Origin: Arenicellales bacterium | GTDB lineage: Bacteria; Pseudomonadota; Gammaproteobacteria; Arenicellales; JAJDZL01 | Assembly: GCA_965205205.1 (NCBI GenBank) | Contig: CBDBFX010000002.1 | Location: 1,053,475 to 1,117,474 of the forward strand | DNA length: 64,000 bases | Reading direction: 5' to 3' | Shown: positions 47,570-57,899 of the stretch, piece after piece | Layout: each line of letters starts with the position of its first letter | Numbering within the stretch: the first letter of the stretch is position 1 | Notes under the pieces: model-generated | What the model was told of the DNA's origin: nothing | The model's database searches: none | Seen by the model: the letters and a program-made list of their open reading frames with translations, nothing else | Program-made: the position numbers and the translations under genes

Positions 47570-48727
47570 TCAATATGATCGGGGCAATCCCAAGACATGT
47601 TCCGAGAGATAACTCAGAATCAGATTGGTGGAGACGGGGGCCACCTGATAGAGACGCGTTTCGCGAAATTTTCTCTCGATGTCGAAGGATTCGGCAAAGC
47701 CAAATCCACCGTGTGTCTGTAAACAGGCTTCGGCGGCCGCCCAGGATGCTGCAGCCGCCAGATATTTGGCCAGATTCGCTTCCTCTCCCGGATTGGCACC
47801 GTCATCGAACAGCCTCGCAGCCTCCCGGAGCATCAGCTCTGCGGCGCGCATATCGGCATAGGCTCTGGCCAATGGAAACTGAATCCCCTGATTTTTACCA
47901 ATTGGGCGATCGAAAACCACGCGATCATTCGCATAGGCGGTCGCTTTCTCAATAAACCATTTCGCATCCCCGATGCACTCTGCCGCGATCAGAATCCGTT
48001 CGGCGTTCATGCCTGCCAGAATATAACGAAAGCCCTGACCTTCCTCACCGATCAAGGCATCCGCCGGAACTTCCATATTCTCGAAAAAAACCTCGGCTGC
48101 TGAGTGGTTGATCATGGTTCGGACCGGCCGAACGATCAACTGAGATGCCGGTATCTTTCGAATGTCAATCAATAACACGGACAGTCCATCCGTTCGCCGA
48201 CTAACCTGACTGAGCGGCGTTGTACGACACAGAAGCAGCATCAGGTCGGAGTGTTCAATCCGCGAAATCCAGATTTTCTGACCATTGACGACATACCGAT
48301 CACCGGCGCGGACCGCCGTAGTATGTAGCGACAGTGTATCGGATCCACTGGTCGGTTCGGTCACGCCGAAGGCCTGGAGTCGGATGGAACCCGCTGCGAT
48401 ACCGGGCAGGTATTTTTCCTTCTGTTCATCAGACCCGTGCCGCAGCACCGTCCCCATCACATACATCTGCGCATGACAGGCGGCGGCGTTGCCACCAGAA
48501 CGATGAATCTCTTCGAGTATCGCAACGGCGGCGGCAACCGGCAGCTCACCGCCTCCGTAGCGGCGCGGAATCAGCGCACTGAGAAATCCAGCGCGGGTCA
48601 ATTGGTCTACGAATTCTGTCGGATATAGACGGTTGCGATCGCAGTTCTGCCAGTAATCGGAACTGAAATTAAGGCAGATTTTCCGGACGGCATCTCGGAT
48701 GTCCTGGTGATCAGATTGATGATTCAT
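47570..48727 (-). CDS. Acyl-CoA dehydrogenase family protein
   Basis: It has FGVTEPTSGSD, QKIWISR and the C-terminal motifs QTHGGFGF...ERKFRETRLYQVAP. Confidence 0.85.
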   Translation of the reverse strand: MNHQSDHQDIRDAVRKICLNFSSDYWQNCDRNRLYPTEFVDQLTRAGFLSALIPRRYGGGELPVAAAVAILEEIHRSGGNAAACHAQMYVMGTVLRHGSDEQKEKYLPGIAAGSIRLQAFGVTEPTSGSDTLSLHTTAVRAGDRYVVNGQKIWISRIEHSDLMLLLCRTTPLSQVSRRTDGLSVLLIDIRKIPASQLIVRPVRTMINHSAAEVFFENMEVPADALIGEEGQGFRYILAGMNAERILIAAECIGDAKWFIEKATAYANDRVVFDRPIGKNQGIQFPLARAYADMRAAELMLREAARLFDDGANPGEEANLAKYLAAAASWAAAEACLQTHGGFGFAESFDIERKFRETRLYQVAPVSTNLILSYLSEHVLGLPRSY

Positions 48728-49183
48728 TCTGTATTGGGGAGTGGATGTTCAACTGAAATTCGAATGCCAGACATTTTTATCGGCAATGTTGAATCGTCGA
48801 ATCAATTATCAGACAAGCCGACTGATTCAGACAGAACTCAATTGTGTTCCGTTCAGCGCAAAAGGCAAAACACCTACCGACATTTTCTACCCCAGATCAG
48901 GAAGTGGCGACAGTTAATGATGGTGCCGCAGATCGTATTCATGCAGGCCATGGTCATCTGCTCATCTGCTCCGTCGTCTTTCTCGAAGTCCATTACTCGC
49001 TCAGTCAGGCGTTCAGATCGCGTCCGCTCACATGGGCGGTCGTATCCACTGGATGGAAAGATCGGACACCGAACAGCTCCCGACACGCAGTCCTTCACCG
49101 CCCTTGCAACGTCTCGACCACGATAGTCGAATGATTGATTATGCTACAAACTGATCAAACGGTTCACTGATTAATGAAAAAAA

Positions 49184-49198
49184 GGCGGCTACGCTGCC
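49184..49198. terminator. Orphan hairpin flanked by an A-run and a T-run (possible bidirectional intrinsic terminator, stronger on the minus strand)
   Basis: The sequence is AAAAAAA-GGCGGC-TAC-GCTGCC-TCTATTTT, a 6-bp stem with one G-U pair. On the minus strand a T7 run follows the stem. Confidence 0.35.
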
Positions 49199-49230
49199 TC
49201 TATTTTGATCAATTCGAGAGCAATTAATGC

Positions 49231-49528
49231 ATGTGGGTCAGAGACGGGAATGTGCGGTTTTCGAAATCAAAGGCGTCTTGGGCGGTGATGCTGGCACCGA
49301 TGGGCATGGCTGCCATTGTCTTCCAGACACTCATTGACCGATGGGGTATGGACGACGCATCCGACGCGGTGGCAGGAGGAAGCGTTCAGACTGTTGGGAT
49401 GGCGTCATGCTCGAACGGTCCTTGAACCTGGTCCCGATGAGCGGGCTTTGCCGGGATGAAAAACGCGGCTTCAGCCTCGCGGTCGCCGGCCATTTCAACC
49501 CAGAATCCAAATCGGTGAAGTATGCGGG
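49231..49528 (+). mobile_element. Orphan 3' end of an IS1380-family element (truncated remnant)
   Basis: The last ~75 bp are GCCGGCCATTTCAACCCAGAATCCAAATCGGTGAAGTATGCGGG. This matches the right end of the intact IS at 4604-4647 (CGGCCATTTCAACCCAGAATACAAATCGGTGAAATATGCGGG). The upstream part is weakly similar to the transposase C-terminus. The left boundary is uncertain. Confidence 0.55.
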
Positions 49529-49732
49529 CTAAAGGAGTCTTTGGTCATCAACATCCTTTGAAGCCAGGGATGGCCGCTGATGGCCGCCTGAGCGGAAAGC
49601 ACCGGTGAACGATCAATCAAAACGACCTTTCAATTTCGATTATTCTAAATGGAACACGGGTGCCAATCAACCGAGTCTGTCTGATTGCTGAGCTGATCAG
49701 TCGCGGCAATACTGAAACCACATCTTCCGAAA

Positions 49733-50530
49733 ATGAAATCCACCAAGTTTCAAACACTACTCATTCGCCCGATCGACGAACACGTCTCGGTTGTAACACT
49801 GAATCGCCCAGAAGTTTCAAATGCATTCAATTCCGAAATGGTGCGTGAACTCTATCAGTTGTTTGAGGGGGTAACAGAACACCTGGACGACTGCCGGTGC
49901 ATCATTCTGACAGGCGCCGGCCGGAGAGCCTTCTGTTCCGGCGCCGATCTCAAGGAACGTCGTGGAATGAGCGATTCACAATGGCAGCGTCAGCACCTGG
50001 ACATCGAAAGGATGGTTCGAGCCATCTGGAACTGTCCGGTACCGACAATCGGAGCGGTCAATGGCGCCGCCTATGGCGGCGGTTGTGAAATCGCCTGTCT
50101 TTTGGATTTTCTCTACGCTGCCGAGACTGCAAGCTTTGCAATGCCTGAAACCGGACTCGGAATCATTCCAGGAGCTGGAGGAACGCAGACTCTACCTCGA
50201 TCACTGGGTGAGCGGCGAGCCAAGGAGGTCATCCTGTCCGGCCGATCTTTCACGGCAACCGAAGCCCTTAAGTGGGGGCTTGTCAATCGAGTGCTACCTT
50301 CCAAACAACTTCTGAACGCGACCATTGAAACAGCGGGAAAAATCGCTGCCAACGCACCCATCGCCATTCAACAGGCCAAACAGTCCATACAGAGAGGCCT
50401 GCAGATGAGCTTTTCTGATGCGTTGGCATTCGAAATTGAGGCTTACAATCGTACCATTCCAACGCGCGATCGTCGAGAAGGTGTCCGCGCCTTCAATGAA
50501 AAACGCAAACCGAAATTTGAAGGCTATTGA
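49733..50530 (+). CDS. Enoyl-CoA hydratase/isomerase (crotonase) family protein
   Basis: It has ILTGAGRRAFCSGADLKER and PTIGAVNGAAYGGGCEIA (oxyanion-hole segments) plus ETGLGIIPGAGGTQ. Confidence 0.85.
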   Translation: MKSTKFQTLLIRPIDEHVSVVTLNRPEVSNAFNSEMVRELYQLFEGVTEHLDDCRCIILTGAGRRAFCSGADLKERRGMSDSQWQRQHLDIERMVRAIWNCPVPTIGAVNGAAYGGGCEIACLLDFLYAAETASFAMPETGLGIIPGAGGTQTLPRSLGERRAKEVILSGRSFTATEALKWGLVNRVLPSKQLLNATIETAGKIAANAPIAIQQAKQSIQRGLQMSFSDALAFEIEAYNRTIPTRDRREGVRAFNEKRKPKFEGY

Positions 50531-50596
50531 ACAGACGGCTTCGGTAAACGACCTGAAAACAAGTGACAGACATCCCGACTGCTGACCGATCGCAGC

Positions 50597-53545
50597 CTAT
50601 AAGGTGGATTGCATCAGGCGGGCGACGTGCATCGCTTTCCTACCGGCACCCAGTTCTATCTGATGTCTGCAGGACACCCCATCCGCAATAATCGCGACAT
50701 CTTCTTCAGCTCGGCGAATCGCCGGCAGCAGATCGAGTTCCGCCATTTTCTCTGAGACGCGCCAGGTCCGCCGACCATAACCAAAGGCACCGGCCATTCC
50801 GCAACAGCCGGATTCCACCACGTTGAATGTCAAATCAGGTATGCGCGCAAGCACGCTCTCCACGAATTTCATTTGGTCAAAAGATTTCTGATGACAATGA
50901 CCATGAATCAATGCGCGACGGTTTAAAGGTTTAAATCGAATTTCTGGATCATCTCGCTGCAGAAATTCCTCAAACAGATAGGAGTGTTGCTGGAGCAGTT
51001 CGGCGCTTTTGTTTCGCATCAACAGTGGCACCTCATCACGTAGGCCAAGCATACAGCTGGGCTCCAGTCCCACGATGGGTATTTCTTGATTCAGAAAAGG
51101 TTCCGCGGCGGTCAATAGCCGCCCGACTTCCTTTTTGGCTTCCCCAATCATTCCATTGGTAAGATATGTGCGCCCGCAGCAGAGTGGATGCCTCCTGTCA
51201 CTTCCAGTGAGAAAATAAATACGGTATCCCGCCGCTTCCAACACGGCCTGTGCCGCGTACAGATTTTCCGGTTCAAACCATCGGTTGAATGTATCGGCGA
51301 ACAAAACCACTGGCCTGCCTGAAGGCGAACCGACCGGTTTGGTATTCAGAAACGGCTGTTGATGCCATTCAGGTAAGGAACGATTGCGGGTCAAGCCCGT
51401 GATGGGTTCGAAGATTGCTCGCAGCCACGCCGATTTCGAATAACGATTGCTGAACCACGACAGGCGACTGGCATAAGGGGCGAATCTCGGCAGGTGCGCA
51501 ACCAATTTCTGATGGGTGGTCGCACCAGTGGCATCAAACCGCGCGGCGGCAACTTCAATTTTCATTTTTGCCATATCGACGCCAGTCGGACATTCGCGCC
51601 GGCAGGCCTTGCAGCTGATGCAAAGCTGCATGGCCTCCTGCATCGCATCCGAAGTCATGGCCTCCCGACCAAGCTGGTTGGAAATGGCGAGACGCAGAAC
51701 ATTCGCCCTACCCCGCGTAACGTGGCGCTCGTCCCGTGTTACGCGATAGGAAGGACACATCAGGCCGCCATTGAGCTTACGACAGGCGCCATTATTGTTG
51801 CACATTTCAACGGCGCCCTGAAATCCGCCACCCTGCCCGGTCCATCCCTGCCAGTCCAGTGCCATATGCATTTCAGGTACGGCATATTCAGGTGGAAAAC
51901 GAAAAAGGCGCGCGTCATCCATTTTTGGCGCGTCAACGATCTTGCCTGGATTCATAATCCCGTATGGGTCAAACAACCGCTTCACTTCCGTAAACGCGCT
52001 GACCATTCGTTCGCCAAACATCTTCCCATGGAACTCAGAACGGCACAGACCATCTCCATGTTCACCGGAGTGCGACCCTTTGTATTGCAGAACCAAATCG
52101 AAGCACTCTTCTGCAATGGCTCGCATGGCCTTGATATCCCGTTCCTCACGCAGGTTCAATACGGGTCGTACATGCAGACAGCCGACCGAAGCATGAGCAT
52201 ACCAAGTCCCGCGGGTACCATGCCGGCTGAATATTTCGGTCAGTTTTGCCGTGTATTCCGCCAAATCCTTGAGCTCGACGGCGCAGTCCTCAACGAACGA
52301 AACTGGCTTTCGATCATCACGCATCGACATCATGATGTTCAGTCCGGCCTTGCGAACCTCAAATACGGATGCCTGAAAGGTTCGATCAATGGCTTCAACA
52401 ACACCCCCTCTGGACTTTACTGGATTGGTGAATTGAAATCCCAGATCGTTCATTAATTCATGCAGGGCTTGAAGTCGGCATAAATTCTCGCGCTGATCAC
52501 TCTCGGCAAATTCGACCAGCAGCAAGGCTTCCGGCGCACCATCAATCATCTTTTCAACCGTGCTTCGATACAATGCGATTTCTCGAGACAGGTCGATCAT
52601 TGTCCGATCAATCAGTTCAACGGCAACGGGACCCAGTTCGACGATATGTTGAGCTGATTCCATCGCCGCATGAAAACTCGGGAAGTGGCAGATACCGAGC
52701 ACCTTGTTCTGTGGCAGCGGGGAGAGTTTGAGATCAATCGTGCGGCTGAGTGCCAGGGTGCCTTCCGAACCGACCAGCAGATGTGCGAGATTGGCCGATT
52801 TGTCCTGTGGGACCAGCGCATCAATGTTGTATCCACCGACCCGACGCATCACCTTTGGAAAACGCCTGTCGATTTCGTCTCGTTCGCGCCGGCCGAGTTT
52901 GAGCAGGCGTTGCTGCAGAGAGTGCAAACCGCTGGAGTTCGGATCTGTCTCGTTGAAATTCAGCGTTTCACCACTGGGTAACAGAGCATCGATGGCAAGC
53001 ACATTGTCTCGCATCAGACCATAACGAATGGATCGACTCCCGCAGGAATTGTTTCCCGCCATACCTCCGATCGTTGCCTGACTCGAGGTGGATACATCAA
53101 CGGGAAACCATAAACCGTGAGACTTGAGAGATCGATTGAGCTCGTCAAGCACCAGGCCACCTTCAACTTGACAGCGAAAATTCTTGAAGTCGACGCCAAT
53201 GACTCGATTCATGTGTCTGCTGTAATCCAGCACGATCGCCTGATTAACCGTCTGCCCACACTGGGATGTCCCACCACCCCGCGGCAGCAGCGGGATCGAC
53301 TGCCGTCTGGCATAAGCGACTGTTTCTGCGACATCCTGCTCATTCATCGGCAGCACGACCGCCAATGGCATCATCTGGTAACTCGAGGCATCGGTCGCAT
53401 ATTGCCCGCGATCAAAACCACCGGTTCGCACCTCTCCGGTAATTCGACCGGCCAAGTCATTTTTTATGGCCAATGTTTCAGGCGAGATCTGGTTCAAGAA
53501 AGTATCGGTTTGGTTCAAAGACGGTTCAGAGCAGCCGTATCTCAA
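50597..53545 (-). CDS. FAD-binding (GlcD-like) oxidase fused to 4Fe-4S and CCG domains (GlcF-like), YdiJ-type large oxidoreductase
   Basis: It has an FAD_binding_4 region (PRGGGTSQCGQ), ferredoxin motifs CISCKACRRECP and CNNNGACRKLNGGLMCP, and C-terminal CCG repeats (CCG...HGHCHQK...GCCGMAG). Confidence 0.85.
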   Translation of the reverse strand: MRYGCSEPSLNQTDTFLNQISPETLAIKNDLAGRITGEVRTGGFDRGQYATDASSYQMMPLAVVLPMNEQDVAETVAYARRQSIPLLPRGGGTSQCGQTVNQAIVLDYSRHMNRVIGVDFKNFRCQVEGGLVLDELNRSLKSHGLWFPVDVSTSSQATIGGMAGNNSCGSRSIRYGLMRDNVLAIDALLPSGETLNFNETDPNSSGLHSLQQRLLKLGRRERDEIDRRFPKVMRRVGGYNIDALVPQDKSANLAHLLVGSEGTLALSRTIDLKLSPLPQNKVLGICHFPSFHAAMESAQHIVELGPVAVELIDRTMIDLSREIALYRSTVEKMIDGAPEALLLVEFAESDQRENLCRLQALHELMNDLGFQFTNPVKSRGGVVEAIDRTFQASVFEVRKAGLNIMMSMRDDRKPVSFVEDCAVELKDLAEYTAKLTEIFSRHGTRGTWYAHASVGCLHVRPVLNLREERDIKAMRAIAEECFDLVLQYKGSHSGEHGDGLCRSEFHGKMFGERMVSAFTEVKRLFDPYGIMNPGKIVDAPKMDDARLFRFPPEYAVPEMHMALDWQGWTGQGGGFQGAVEMCNNNGACRKLNGGLMCPSYRVTRDERHVTRGRANVLRLAISNQLGREAMTSDAMQEAMQLCISCKACRRECPTGVDMAKMKIEVAAARFDATGATTHQKLVAHLPRFAPYASRLSWFSNRYSKSAWLRAIFEPITGLTRNRSLPEWHQQPFLNTKPVGSPSGRPVVLFADTFNRWFEPENLYAAQAVLEAAGYRIYFLTGSDRRHPLCCGRTYLTNGMIGEAKKEVGRLLTAAEPFLNQEIPIVGLEPSCMLGLRDEVPLLMRNKSAELLQQHSYLFEEFLQRDDPEIRFKPLNRRALIHGHCHQKSFDQMKFVESVLARIPDLTFNVVESGCCGMAGAFGYGRRTWRVSEKMAELDLLPAIRRAEEDVAIIADGVSCRHQIELGAGRKAMHVARLMQSTL

Positions 53546-53624
53546 TCAAAAAACTGTCAATCAGCAAACAAAGTATACTTTGCTGTTTCATTACAGAACA
53601 CCATGTCCCAATCCCATACGACCC

Positions 53625-54554
53625 ATGACAAAAATACCGATCATCGACATTTCTCCGCTGCAGAACGAATCTGCGACGGCTCTGGCGAGCGTTGGAAAAC
53701 AGCTGCGGAAAGCATCAGAATCCGACGGCTTTTTCTATGTTGCCGGGCACGGTGTTGATCCAGATGTCATCCGCTCAGCATTTGAGATGGCCAGGCAGTT
53801 CTTCACAATGCCTGCAGAAAAAAAATCTGCCATACAAATGTCTGGCAGTCATCGCGGTTTTCTACCGATTGGCGAATCAACGATGGAGGGATACAACAGT
53901 GCCGATCAGAAGGAAAGCTTTGTCTGGGGACTTGACGAAGAGCTGGGGGAAAGCCTGACGGGCGATGAAAATCAACTGCTCGTACCCAATCGCTGGCCGA
54001 ATGAACCGGTCCGGATGCGCGAGGTACTTAATGCATTTTTCGATAGCGTCCACCAGTGCTCCTGGGGCATTCTCCAGGCACTGGCCATATCGTTGGGAGA
54101 GTCTGCTGGTTTTTTCACCCGAAATTTCAACCGCCCGACTTCCAGAGGGTCGTTAATCTACTACCCGGCAGATGAGAAAGCCAACGGTACGTACGGCGTA
54201 TCACCCCATTCTGATTTTGGGTGCCTGACCATGCTTCTGCAGGGCGGTCCGGGTCTCAGTGCCCAAAACGTCAAAGGACACTGGTACGAGGTTGACCCGA
54301 TTCCAGGTACGTTCGTTGTCAATATCGGCGACCTGCTGTCCCGCTGGACGAATGGACGTTTTCGTTCTGTTCCACATTTCGTCGTCAACAAAGGTGGTGA
54401 AGCGCGCTATTCGCTGGTCGTCTTTGTCGACCCCGATTCTCAGACCGTCATTGATCCCATTCTCGACAATGGCGAAGTCGCACGATTCGAACCGGTTACC
54501 TGCGATGCCTACATCAGCGGGCGATTCAATCGTTCTTTCGCCTATCGCAACTGA
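53625..54554 (+). CDS. 2-oxoglutarate/Fe(II)-dependent oxygenase (isopenicillin-N-synthase-like family)
   Basis: It has MTKIPIIDISPL..., GFFYVAGHGV, the facial triad region GVSPHSDFGCLTMLLQ and SVPHFV. I chose ATG 53625 because the track ORF start at 53466 overlaps the divergent gene. Confidence 0.8.
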   Translation: MTKIPIIDISPLQNESATALASVGKQLRKASESDGFFYVAGHGVDPDVIRSAFEMARQFFTMPAEKKSAIQMSGSHRGFLPIGESTMEGYNSADQKESFVWGLDEELGESLTGDENQLLVPNRWPNEPVRMREVLNAFFDSVHQCSWGILQALAISLGESAGFFTRNFNRPTSRGSLIYYPADEKANGTYGVSPHSDFGCLTMLLQGGPGLSAQNVKGHWYEVDPIPGTFVVNIGDLLSRWTNGRFRSVPHFVVNKGGEARYSLVVFVDPDSQTVIDPILDNGEVARFEPVTCDAYISGRFNRSFAYRN

Positions 54555-54571
54555 AATCCGCAAGCTTGAGA

Positions 54572-55141
54572 ATGACCGCCTGGATTCGCATGCTATCCGA
54601 CGAAGAAGCGTCCGGAGAGGCGAAAGAAGCCTTGGAAACGGCCCGCACACCACATGGGACTGTGGATAATGTGATGCGAATTCACAGCCTCAGACCGAAA
54701 ACGATGCACGGGCACGTTTCACTTTATCGAAGTGTTCTCCATAGCAGCGACAACTCGCTTCCGTTCTGGTTTCTTGAAACGGCTGGTACCTACACCAGTG
54801 TCTTAAACCGATGTGATTACAGCGTCGCCCATCACAGTTCGAATTTGAGAAAACTGCTGAACGATGATCAGCGCTATGATCAGATCATGTCAGCCTTAAA
54901 GGTCCACAGACCGGAACAGGCTTTCCAGGGTAAGGAACTGGCGATGCTGCGATATGTCAAAAGACTGACAGTGTCCGTCGAAGATATTGCCAAAACGGAT
55001 ATTGAGGCCCTGTTCGACGCTGGCTGCGATGACGGTGAAATATTGGAACTGAACCAGGTGGTGGGCTATTTCTGTTATGTGAATCGTCTGCTCAACGGGT
55101 TGGGCGTCACCACAGAAGGTGACATCATCGGTTACTATTGA
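54572..55141 (+). CDS. CMD-domain (AhpD-like) peroxidase-related protein, paralogue of 24686-25264
   Basis: It has WIRMLSDEEASGEAKEALE...VDNVMRIHSLRP and VLNRCDYSVAHH, and the same size class as the other CMD protein. Confidence 0.75.
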   Translation: MTAWIRMLSDEEASGEAKEALETARTPHGTVDNVMRIHSLRPKTMHGHVSLYRSVLHSSDNSLPFWFLETAGTYTSVLNRCDYSVAHHSSNLRKLLNDDQRYDQIMSALKVHRPEQAFQGKELAMLRYVKRLTVSVEDIAKTDIEALFDAGCDDGEILELNQVVGYFCYVNRLLNGLGVTTEGDIIGYY

Positions 55142-55311
55142 TGTGGATCTTTACAGGTGGATGATATTTCGAACAGGCATCAAATCCATACCAGAGTCCA
55201 TCAAAATCTGCCAATTTCACGGAACAATGAAATTCAACAAAAACCGAAACAGGCGGGCTCTGGGACGACGAATACGACTGCAGTCGCCCGGACGGTTCGC
55301 GAGGAGAACCG

Positions 55312-56370
55312 ATGAGTAAGCACTATTCCAGTCTGTTGTGGAATCAAACTCGAATCCAGTCAGACGTCGACTTTACCACCCCAGGCAAACGCTCCGGCGA
55401 CCTGCGACTCAGGTATTCCGATAACCGTACTGCATTGGGGTACATTCCTATCCCTGCAGGAGTGATCATCAATGGTGCCGGTCCAACCGTGCTTCTAACG
55501 GGTGGGGTGCACGGTGATGAATTCGAAGGCCCGGTTTCGCTTGTCAAATTCCTGCGCGAAACCAATGTCGAAGACGTTCAAGGTCGGATCATTGTTTTTC
55601 CGGCTCTGAATGCCCCAGCGCTCAATGCTTCCGCCCGGGTCTCACCACTTGATGATGGCAACCTCAATCGCGCCTTCCCGGGTGACCCCAATGGCACCCC
55701 AACCCAGATCATCGCGCATTTTGTCGAAAGTGCAGTGATGCCAGTATGTGATGTTGTCATCGACCTGCACGCTGGTGGCCAGGCCTACTGGTTTTCACCA
55801 TGTGCCATGGCAACCTATGATGACAACCCGAAGCGTCGGGAAACGATTTTTCAACTGGCCGATGTATTCGGTTGCCCACTGATTTGGATGATGGGAATTT
55901 TCAATGACGACCGTAGCGTGAACGGTGCGGCGACTCGGAACAAAATACCTTCGATTGCGGCTGAACTTGGTGGCGACGGACGCGTTTCCCCGGAAACACT
56001 GCTACTCGGTGAAAAGGGCATTCGAAACTGTCTGCGCCACCTGAAAGTGTTATCCGGTGAAGTTCAACCGCGGCAGGAACCGGCGACCTATTTCGAGATC
56101 ATCAATATGAATCAACACATCCACGCGACACATCGCGGGCTGTTCGAGCCCGCATTCACCCCCGGTATCCGCGTCTCAGCTGGCGAACCGGTGGGATACA
56201 TTCATAGCATCAGCCACCTCGACACACCACCTGTGCGTATTGATTTTCCAGTTGACGGCATCGCGTTCGTCAGATGTCATCGGGGTATGGTTGAACAGGG
56301 CGAGGCGCTTGCTGTTGTCGGTGTTGAATCTGCCCTGCCCAACTCAAAAGTCACGTCCAGTTTCTATTGA
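55312..56370 (+). CDS. Succinylglutamate desuccinylase/aspartoacylase (AstE/AspA) family zinc hydrolase
   Basis: It has the zinc motif GGVHGDEFEGP, then LNRAFPG and DLHAGG. Confidence 0.8.
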   Translation: MSKHYSSLLWNQTRIQSDVDFTTPGKRSGDLRLRYSDNRTALGYIPIPAGVIINGAGPTVLLTGGVHGDEFEGPVSLVKFLRETNVEDVQGRIIVFPALNAPALNASARVSPLDDGNLNRAFPGDPNGTPTQIIAHFVESAVMPVCDVVIDLHAGGQAYWFSPCAMATYDDNPKRRETIFQLADVFGCPLIWMMGIFNDDRSVNGAATRNKIPSIAAELGGDGRVSPETLLLGEKGIRNCLRHLKVLSGEVQPRQEPATYFEIINMNQHIHATHRGLFEPAFTPGIRVSAGEPVGYIHSISHLDTPPVRIDFPVDGIAFVRCHRGMVEQGEALAVVGVESALPNSKVTSSFY

Positions 56371-56409
56371 TACCGGCACCGAACGGCAATACGGACCGTC
56401 TGTACTGAG

Positions 56410-57732
56410 TCACTGGGCGTCAGCTCGCTGGTAGACTCGACGCCCCATGCTCCAGGTCTCCCTGACATTCGTCGCATCACCCAGTATGATGTAAGAAAAC
56501 AGCTTTTCAGCGAGCGACTGCGAGTTCTCAATTTTCCGCTCCATCAGCTTTCGCCCACCGGCGTCCAGGATGACGAAATCAGCCTCTCTACCACTTTCGA
56601 AATTACCCACATGATGGTCAATCCGCAGTGCCTTCGCACCACCGAGTGTTGCGAGATAAAACAGGTCCAATGCATCAATGCCCTGATCATCTCCAAGCTG
56701 CACCACTTTGTACATTTCGTGCATGGTCTGCAGCATTGAAAAACTGGTTCCACCACCAATATCGGTACCCATGGATAAGCCAATGCCATGATCGGCCAAT
56801 TGGTTCAGTGGCACCAAACCACTGCCCAGAAAAGAGTTGGATGTCGGACAGAGTGCAACTGTCGCTCCAGCATCTGTCAACCGCTGTTTTTCAGATTCGC
56901 TTAAATGGATGCAGTGAGCGAAGACCGAATGATCCGTGACGACGCCATAGTGTTCATAGACTGCCAAGTAGTCTGGACAGTCGGGATAAATTCGCAGGGT
57001 CCATGCTATTTCTGCAAGTGTTTCGGCAAGGTGGGTGTGAAACAGCAGTTCTGGATACTTCTGCACCAATCGTCTGCATAATTCCATCTGATCATGGGTT
57101 GAAGTGCCTGCAAACCGTAGGGTGATTGAGTAAGTCTGGCGACCATTTTCATGCCATTTGCGAATGAGTTTCTCAGTCGCTTTTTCACCACAGTCGCTTC
57201 CATCCATCAGCCCAGCAGGCGCATTTCTGTCCATCAGCACCTTGCCGCCGATCATTCTCAGGCCGCGGGACTGCGCCTCTTCAAAAAAAACATCGGTTGA
57301 AATTTCGTGCACTGTCGGATAAACCTGCGCACTCGTCGTTCCGTTGCGTACCAGTTCGTCAAAAAATTCATTGGCGACCAACGCACAGTATTGCGAATCA
57401 TTGAATCGCAGTTCTTCAGGAAATGTATATTTTTCAAGCCATTCCAAAAGGCCTGATGCAGGTGAGCCGATAATTCGGGTTTGCGAATAGTGAAGGTGAG
57501 TGTCAATAAATCCAGGACAGATCAGACAGTCGGAATAGTCGAGAATTGGACAATCGCCCATTGGACCATGAATACTCTGAGGGAACGCAGCGATGGATTC
57601 CACCCGTCCTGAGGAGATGATGATGAGCCCATCTTCAAAATATCGCAACGCGTTGGATTCTTCGCGCGGATTGGCAACAAAGTCAAAAAATGTGCCGCGA
57701 ATACCAAACCTTTTCGCATCTACAGACATCAT
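56410..57732 (-). CDS. guaD: Guanine deaminase (amidohydrolase superfamily)
   Basis: It has PGFIDTHLHYSQ, LLEWLEKYTFPEE, NGTTSAQVY, HTHLAE and GTDIGGG, which match the guanine deaminase pattern as I recall it. Confidence 0.75.
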   Translation of the reverse strand: MMSVDAKRFGIRGTFFDFVANPREESNALRYFEDGLIIISSGRVESIAAFPQSIHGPMGDCPILDYSDCLICPGFIDTHLHYSQTRIIGSPASGLLEWLEKYTFPEELRFNDSQYCALVANEFFDELVRNGTTSAQVYPTVHEISTDVFFEEAQSRGLRMIGGKVLMDRNAPAGLMDGSDCGEKATEKLIRKWHENGRQTYSITLRFAGTSTHDQMELCRRLVQKYPELLFHTHLAETLAEIAWTLRIYPDCPDYLAVYEHYGVVTDHSVFAHCIHLSESEKQRLTDAGATVALCPTSNSFLGSGLVPLNQLADHGIGLSMGTDIGGGTSFSMLQTMHEMYKVVQLGDDQGIDALDLFYLATLGGAKALRIDHHVGNFESGREADFVILDAGGRKLMERKIENSQSLAEKLFSYIILGDATNVRETWSMGRRVYQRADAQ

Positions 57733-57899
57733 TACTCAGTTCGTTTAAGGATTATTCGGCAGGAGATTCGAGTGAGTGGTCTTATTCCATCCAATTGAGC
57801 GGATGCGGTGTCTGCTTGGAAAGTTCAGCTGGATAAAACCACTTGGTCGAATCATGGCATTGATATGGATTCAGATTCCTCAACCATTTACTATGGGTC

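Noticed and set aside
48728-49183. Overlapping ORFs of 74-139 aa (48707-49126 plus, 48844-49134 plus, 48874-49098 minus) in the gap after the acyl-CoA dehydrogenase
   Set aside because: They are mutually exclusive frames with no motif I recognise and no convincing SD. I treat the region as non-coding or degraded pending a database search.
51494-52456. A 320-aa plus-strand ORF inside the FAD/Fe-S oxidoreductase gene (similar cases at 27128-27805, 46385-47152, 41067-41606 and 30085-30645)
   Set aside because: These are antisense to long genes with clear family motifs. Long stop-free antisense frames are expected at this GC content.
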